Shown here piece after piece: positions 57,654 through 64,000 of a stretch of 64,000 nucleotides of DNA. A model generated the notes under the pieces. That model was given only the letters and a program-made list of their open reading frames with translations, did not search any database and had not been told where the DNA came from. Both the position numbers and the translations under genes were made by a program. Position 1 is the stretch's first letter. The number at the start of each line of letters is the position of its first letter. The stretch comes from Hyaloraphidium curvatum SAG 235-1 (taxonomy: Eukaryota > Fungi > Monoblepharomycota): assembly GCA_025558095.1 (NCBI GenBank), contig JAIVFI010000030.1:62001-126000 (forward strand), given 5' to 3'.

Positions 57654-60072
57654 ATGTCGCCGTCTGCGGGTGCAGCACCGCACTTTCTGGCAATGGCGCG
57701 CGCCGGGACCGTGCGGCTCCGTGGCGGAGACCGCCGGGAAGTGGGAGGCATCTGCGTCAGGCGCCCGCGCGGACCCGACGCCCGGAAGCGAGGGCGCTGG
57801 CCGCTGCTGCTCGCCTTGGCTTCCGCCTCTGCGGCCCTGCTCTGCGTCTCGGACATTCTTCACCAGGCTCCTGTCCGCGCGGAGGCCGCGGTGGTGGACC
57901 CGCGCGAGAACGGCGGCCGTCATCCCGGCGGCCGCTGGCGGCGACGCGTGCCGCTCAACCCCCCTCCGCTGCGGCCATACCGGACTGCCGAGGACTCAAT
58001 CGCCCTGCCGATCCTGGAGGGCGAATCCTTGGCCGAGGGGACGTCGACCACGCCCCCCGTTCTCTTCGGCGCTGTCACCTCGAGCGCGGACTCGTCCACC
58101 GCAGTACAGCAGGTGCCGCTCGCCCCGACGGACCCGATTCCGCCGGCACTGCAGACCACTGCCCCTGCCTTGTTCCAGCCGGTGGCGCAGCCGACAATCG
58201 TCGCCGGCCCTGCCCCGTCAACCGGTGTTGCTCCCTTGGCCGCGACCCTCTCCCTGGACCCGCCGGGACCCTCCTTGCTGCCGACGCCCGGTCGTCCCGA
58301 AGCGCCCACGGACCCCTTCCCGGTCTTCCCAACGACCACCGCCGCTCGCTCCACCTCGACCGCCGCCCCGCCCCCGAGCACCACCTTCACCGCCACGGTC
58401 TCGATGGTGAACCAGGTCGTCCCCGGCCTCCCGTTCCAGGGCGTCGGCGTGCAGATGCAGAACTTCGAGTACTACAAGGTCGACCCCGACCGGATCGCCG
58501 AGGGCAACAGGCGGCTTTCCCTGACGCGGTTCCCCATCTCTCGGGTGATGCTCCGCGCGTGGTGGTACACGACGGGCTACGACACTCAGGGGAAGCCGGT
58601 GTTTGACTTTGAGAACGGGGGCGGGCCCGGCCGCATGGCCGACCTGTGGAGGTGAGCACGACAGAGGACTGCACGGTCCTCCGGGGGCTCACGAGCGGTT
58701 CGACGCGGTTCAGAGTCCTGTCGTTCCTCAAGAACCAGAGCGTCGACGTCGTCATCGGAGAGTGGGACGATCCCACGAGCCCGTACGACCGGCCGGCTCT
58801 CTGTGGGTACCCCTCCTTAATGCCAGCTGTCAACCATGCTGACGCTCCCCCGCAGACGGCAAGGAACCCAACCCCGACCCGCTGCAAAAGTACGGCATCA
58901 ACAACACGGACCCGCGGTGGCACTTCCTCATCGGCGAATTCCTCACATACGCGCGGGAGGTCAAGGGGCTGACCAACCTCAAGTGGTACAACCTCATCAA
59001 CGAGCCCAACGCGTGGTACTCCAACAACCCCACCTACGACACATGGAGCCGCTCCGTGAGCCTGCTGCTCGCCGAGCTCGCGCGGAGGGGCCTCGACGGC
59101 AACATCACCGTCATCGGGCCCGACGTGACGGGGGCGACGGACTGGGTCGTGGGGATGCTGGACGATCCGAGGCTCAGGGGCAAGATCGGTGCCGTCGACG
59201 TGCACCGCTACGTCGACGACGTCGTGGACATCGAAAAGGGCTGGCTCGGCTCGGGATACTTTGCCGAGCTGCGCCGGACGGTCGACTCGAAGACAAACGG
59301 CACCAGGCTGCCAATCATCGTGACGGAGGCCGGGCTCGCCTACGGCAAAGTCAACGACACCCAGACCCTGCGCTACGATTTCCGGTACGGCCTCTGGATG
59401 TCGGACTACGTGGTCCAGGCGGCCGCGAACGGCGCCAGCGGGGTCATCGTGTGGAACGCGGACGACGCGTTCCTGGTCGGGGGGGCCTACGGGGGCCTGA
59501 ACCTCAAGGGGTGGGGGTTCTGGAACTCACTCGCCAACGTGTCTGGCTACCCCGAGTTCGATTTCCAGCCGCGGCCGTGGTTCTACTCCTTCTCCCTGCT
59601 CGCGAGGTTCATGCCGCGCGGGTCGCAGCCTCTCGTGGTGTCGGTCGGACCGTGGACTGATGCCGTGAGGTGCACGGCGACTCGGTCGGCGTACGCACCC
59701 GGCAACGGGGAGCCGTTCTCGGACTTTGGCGCCAGCCGGCGCGGCTGGTCGTGGCACCTCACCGTGGCCTGCGTCAGCCAATACGACGCGCCCGTGGCCG
59801 TCACGCTGGTGCTGCAGAACGCGACGATGGCCTCGGGACCGGACTTTGTCTCGACGTGGAGCAACGCCACGGAGCCGGCCCTCTTTGCCCCCGTGGTCGT
59901 GCTCAGGCAGTACAACTACTTTGCTTCGGACATGATCCCGCGGGCGGACGGGTTCCCGGCCGCCAAGGGGACCATGGAGATCGTGGTCGGCGCCGACGGG
60001 GGGAGGATGCTGGGGACGGTGAACATGCCCGGGAAGGGGCTCGTTGTCCTGACCACCCTCGGATCCTCTTGA
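57654..60072 (+). CDS. Membrane-anchored or secreted clan GH-A glycoside hydrolase (GH30/GH5/GH39-like), multi-exon
   Basis: N-terminal hydrophobic segment and Pro/Thr stalk; WYNLINEPN (acid/base), IGPD, DVHRY, PIIVTEAG (nucleophile), WGFWN, RPWFY; C-terminal beta domain. Confidence 0.75.
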
Positions 60073-60142
60073 TCGTCTGGCACTATTGATACCCATCATC
60101 TGTATCCCCCATCACCTCTTCCAATCTATGGCTTCTTGTGTG

Positions 60143-60948
60143 TCAGTTCCTTTTCGCCACCAGCCGCAGCAGGTCCAGCCTCAACCCCGGCGTCCGCTGC
60201 AGGTATTGCACGTAGCCCGACTCGGGCAGCAGCACCGTGCCCCTGAGCTTGCCCGCCGCGGCCCCGTACCTCTCCAGCCTGAGCTCCCGCGTGTAGGGGG
60301 AGACGAGGTGCCATTCATCGAGCGCGGGGGAGCGGGCGATCATGGCCTCGACGGACTCGGGGATGACGGTGTTGGAGAGGTCCACCGAGACCGAGCGGAC
60401 CTGGCGGGGGCTGATCAGGAAGACAGGCCGCTGGGGCGGTGGGTGTAGCTCACCTCCGGAGGCAGGACTGTCTGGGTGTTGGCAAGAAGCTCTCCGAGCT
60501 CGGCGAGCCGGAGCTCGACAGCGGCGGGCGCCGGCGACATGGAGTTGAACGCCTTCCAGACAGGAACCGTCACCTCCATGCAGCACGTGGTCAGCACGAG
60601 CTTCTCCAAAAGTGGCGAACAGTGTTGCAGCAGTCGACCGATGGCCACGGCGTCCCAGTCCCGGGCAGGTGCGAGGTGGAGCTCGCGCAGGTTGCGCAGG
60701 CCGCGACCGCGGGCGTAGTTCTCGACGAAGCCGAGGAACCCGGCGGCATCGGTGCCCTTTTCCGCGGAAAGCTCCATCTTCGGGACGCCGACGGCGAGGA
60801 TCGAGAGGGCGACGGCGTGGCATTCCCGGTCGGCCATCGCGAGGTTCAGCAACGAGCGGTGCTTGTTCTCCGCGGCCAGGACGCGCATGACGGCGTAGAT
60901 GAGCTCCAGCAGCAGCCTGGGAGAAGAAACGCTCCGTTTGCTGTCCAT
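60143..60948 (-). CDS. F-box-like/LRR-like protein
   Basis: RLLLELIYAVMRVL...SLLNLAMADRECH; LRELHL; LEKLVL; LDEWHL; one intron at about 60400-60453. Confidence 0.6.
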
Positions 60949-61435
60949 TACCCCCTTTTGCGGCGGGATTCGGCGGGGATCTTGGGTCGGCGAGGGAGCG
61001 GAACCCGTTGGGGCGAATTCAGGCATCGCGGTCGCACGTCCAGGCAGCGCCGAGAAACTCACTAGACGGCGGCGGTAGAGTCTTTTCAAACTCGTAGAAG
61101 AGTGGACGGGCGGTTTTTGGAGCCGTGCGGGCGGGAGGAGCGGCCTGCGGAGCGACGCGGGTGCAGTGGGTCCAAGGATGCCTCGCTACGTGTGCGAGGG
61201 GGCCCCTTCCCACCCGAGTTCTCGTCTGAATCGAAAAGCCTTTGTCGTGAGCTCGCACAAGCAAGCAAAACACGTGCGAAGATACCACTTGGTCATCCTT
61301 CCTTCATGCCTTTGAATTCTCCACGACACAAGCCCCGCAGCATCGTACACGGAAGGCATCTAGTTGCCAAAACCGGCTAGTAGACCAGTTTGCCTCTCAA
61401 AACCGGATCTCCCTTCCTGCAAGGACCCCCGAGGC

Positions 61436-63354
61436 TCACTTTCCCAGCGCCTCCCTCTCCAACCCGCGCCTCGCCCGCCTCCTCTGGCCGCCCCGCCCTC
61501 CACGCGCGCCACGTGCCGGAGGATCGTCGTCCCGCAGCGGATCGTCGTCCCCGTCGTCCCGCAGGGGGTCGTCCCGCAGGGGATCATCGCCCCCGTCGTC
61601 CCGCTGGGGATCATCGCCCCGCAGGAGATCGTTGCCCTCGCTCGCCTGCGCGTACGGCCTATCCCTGCCTCCCCTCGCCACGGGAAGGAGCGCGGCGTAC
61701 GGGAGGGAGTACGGATCGCATAGCCCGCCCCGGGCCAGGGTCCTCCTGTCCTCCATCAGGTTCTCGTACGCCCTCGCAGCCCCGTCCGAGGCCGTTTCCA
61801 GGACCGCCTGCACCCTTGCTTGCGGTACGGGGCGCGCATTCATCTGCGGCTCGAGCGGCTCCAGGGGGTTTGGCGGGCGGCCCGTGCGGGTGTCGAAAAC
61901 GAGGGGGGAGCCGAGCTCCTGCGCCTGCTTGGCGCCGGCGGCCATGAGCCTGTTGGGGTCCAGAGACGCGAGCCAGGGGTGGCATGACCGCTTCCCAGCC
62001 CTTCTTGCCGTCCCCGGAGTAGGAGCCCAGCCGGCGCGCGGGATCGACCTCGAGCAGGGCGAGCACGAAGGACCTGGCGTCCGGGGAGAGCCGCGCGATC
62101 TTGGCGCGGTCGATGTACTGCTCGGGCCTCAGGGTCTGCTTGCGCGCGTAGGCGTTGATGAAGACCATCGAGAACGGAATCATATCGTTCAGGCTGTCCA
62201 GGAACGGGCCGTTGTTCCCGCCCTCCGGGCGTTGGACATTGCCTGTGAGTATGTTGTACGTGAGCACCCCCAGTGACCACCAGTCGGATTCGAGTCCGTC
62301 TGAAAAGGCGGTGAGAGGGAAGAATCAGCTGCTCCGGCCCGGCTTCCGCGCGCTGGCGACTCACAGGGGGGTGCTTGAACGCCCACGGGGAAGACAATGA
62401 CCTCGGGGGCCCGAACACGGTAGTCGCATGCGCCCGCCTCGGACAGGTCCAGCAACATGTTGGAGGCTTCGACGGCGCAGCCAAAGTCGGCGACCATGGG
62501 CCGGCGCTTGGCGTCGAGCAAGATGTTGCCGGCCTTGAAGTTGCGGTGGATCTGATTTACGGGACAGGTGAGCCGTGGCCCTTCAGACCGCGAACTGTGT
62601 AACCCACGATGCCCTTGGAATGCAGAAACCCGAGGGCGATGGCGAGCTGCCCGATCATGATCCTGGCCTTGTCCTCGGGTATCCCACCCGGGCGGGAGAA
62701 GAATTTCCCCTTGCCCGCGACCTCGCTGTCGAGATCCGACACGGCCTTTGACATGGCGATGGAGAAGGAAACCACCAGCTTGCTTTCCACGACGCTCCGG
62801 CCCATTCAGTGGCCCCAGTATTTGACGATGTACGGCCCGCCGCTCACCCTCTGCATCTGCAAGCGGGAGCGGATCAGCGGCGGTCCGGATGGGGGCGTGC
62901 GGACGGGGAAACCCACCAACTGCGGTTCCGTGCGCGACGACCTCCGGACCGCGGTCGGGCGCGGGTCTGGGCCGCAGGGCAGCTCCTGAAAGTATACCTG
63001 CTCCTTGATCGCAAACATCCGCACCGGGCTGTTCTCGACGGTGTCGATCGCCGCCGGCTTGGCGGCCTTGAGCGAGGCCAGGAGCACGCGGCCGAACGCG
63101 CCGGAGCCGAGCTCGTGGCCGACGTCGAAGTAGGCCAGCGGGCCCACGGCCCTGTTGCTGTTGCGCACCACGCGGTTCGGCAGCACGATCTCGGCGGACA
63201 CCGCCGCCGGCTGGCCGCGTGCGGCGGTGCAGGCGGGGCCGCCGCGGCCGCCGCCCGCGCGAGAGCCGCCGCGGCCACGCTCGGCCGCATCGGCCGGCAG
63301 CGCGCTGATCAGCGCGAGCGCGAGGAGCGCCGCGAGCACCCGGCGGGCCGCCAT
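61436..63354 (-). pseudogene. Signal-peptide-bearing AGC-like kinase, disrupted
   Basis: MAARRVLAALLALALISALPADA; LGSGAFGRV, FAIK, HRN, DFG, APE, SDWWSLGV. In-frame TGA at 62806-62808 and a frameshift near 61985 before HPWL. Confidence 0.7.
61520..61632. repeat. Imperfect tandem repeat encoding DDPLRD/DDG units
   Basis: Repeated gtcgtcccgcagggg-like units; translation DDPQRDDGGDDPLRDDPLRDDGDDDPLRDDDP. Confidence 0.75.
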
Positions 63355-63468
63355 CGCCGGTATCCGCGCCTGCGGGTGATTCTGCGAAGCGAGGTGGGTC
63401 CTGCGGCCATCGGCCCGCCTAGGCATCTCCGCCCATCATCCAAAACCACCGTCACGCCGATCCAGGAG

Positions 63469-63530
63469 CTTCTACTGTTCACATCCAGGTCAATCTCTGC
63501 TTCTACTGTTCAAATCCAGGTCAATCTCTG
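63469..63530. repeat. 31-bp tandem direct repeat (2 copies, 1 mismatch)
   Basis: cttctactgttca[c/a]atccaggtcaatctctg x2. Confidence 0.9.
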
Positions 63531-63657
63531 GAAGTTGTACCCTGCCATCTACCCCCTGCGCGAGGCGCAAGAGGCCCTCGTTCGCCACGGGGTCGCCAGT
63601 GGCGGCTGCCTTCGAGCAGTATCGAGAAGTGATTCGATCGGCACATCATCAGCACAT

Positions 63658-64000
63658 CTATCCGAGCTTCTGGATCCCGCACATCGATTCCATGGTCACT
63701 GTCACGCCGAGCCCGCGCACGATGCCCCACAGCGCCCCGAGCGCCGTGAGCGCCGTGACGGCCAGCGTGCGGACCAAGCCCCACGTGACGGTGAGCCCCA
63801 ACCACCTGGCGAGAGGCGCCTCGGCTGCGAGGCATCCCAGCAGGGCAGCGTGGTCCCTGATTGCGGCGGCAGCGGCCGGCGGCATCCCGGGCCGTTGGAC
63901 AAGGAGGCGGAGAAGCGCGCTCCGCCCGGAATCGAAGACGTCGGCGACGGCTGCAACGCGGGCGTTGGCAGCGGCGATGTCGAAAAGGTACGAAAAGGAA
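63658..64000 (-). CDS. 3' part (partial) of orphan multi-TM (GR-like/7TMIC-like) family, copy 4
   Basis: SFSYLFDIAAANARVAAVADVF...DHAALLGCLAAEAPLARWLGLTVTWGLVRTLAVTALTALGALWGIVRGLGVTVTMESMCGIQKLG*. Confidence 0.75.
   Translation of the reverse strand, partial: SFSYLFDIAAANARVAAVADVFDSGRSALLRLLVQRPGMPPAAAAAIRDHAALLGCLAAEAPLARWLGLTVTWGLVRTLAVTALTALGALWGIVRGLGVTVTMESMCGIQKLG

Noticed and set aside
61520-61632. Possible CRISPR-like array
   Set aside because: Short coding tandem repeats without unique spacers; eukaryotic context; no cas genes.
62806-62808. In-frame TGA as selenocysteine or readthrough (also the TGA at 7241)
   Set aside because: Some early-diverging fungi use Sec, but neither site is in a redox motif. 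Both genes carry additional frameshifts and I could not identify a SECIS, so pseudogenisation is simpler.

Overview
This is gene-dense, very GC-rich eukaryotic DNA with many short (about 50-80 nt) spliceosomal introns, mostly GT-AG and a few GC-AG. Gene content (ARL5, expanded F-box-like and orphan multi-TM families) suggests an early-diverging zoosporic fungus, possibly a monoblepharid such as Hyaloraphidium; this is inference. I can support about 38 genes or pseudogenes, and most long ORFs in the track are GC-rich shadow frames. Housekeeping and enzyme genes: Ohr, PhyH-type dioxygenase, CDK8-like kinase, UNG, alpha/beta hydrolases, two amidohydrolase-2 paralogs, enoyl-CoA hydratase, RsfS/MALSU1, RmlD-like SDR, SulP-STAS-cNMP, PARP-like/UBE2Q fusion, cupin, YdeI/OmdA, 2OG-Fe(II) oxygenase, ARL5, glucuronokinase-nucleotidyltransferase fusion and a clan GH-A hydrolase. 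Top finding: two unlinked small secreted genes (405-798 and 54556-55164), visible only after manual splicing. They share a signal peptide, a phase-2 intron and a conserved 4-Cys module bounded by F[RK]R and LY[KR]RY sites, but carry unrelated C-terminal cargoes (knottin-like versus PAN/apple-like). They are a candidate modular peptide/effector precursor system. Second finding: four copies (two decayed, two truncated by the window edges) of an orphan multi-TM family resembling gustatory-receptor-like 7TM ion channels. I saw no rRNA, tRNA, CRISPR array or recognisable transposon.
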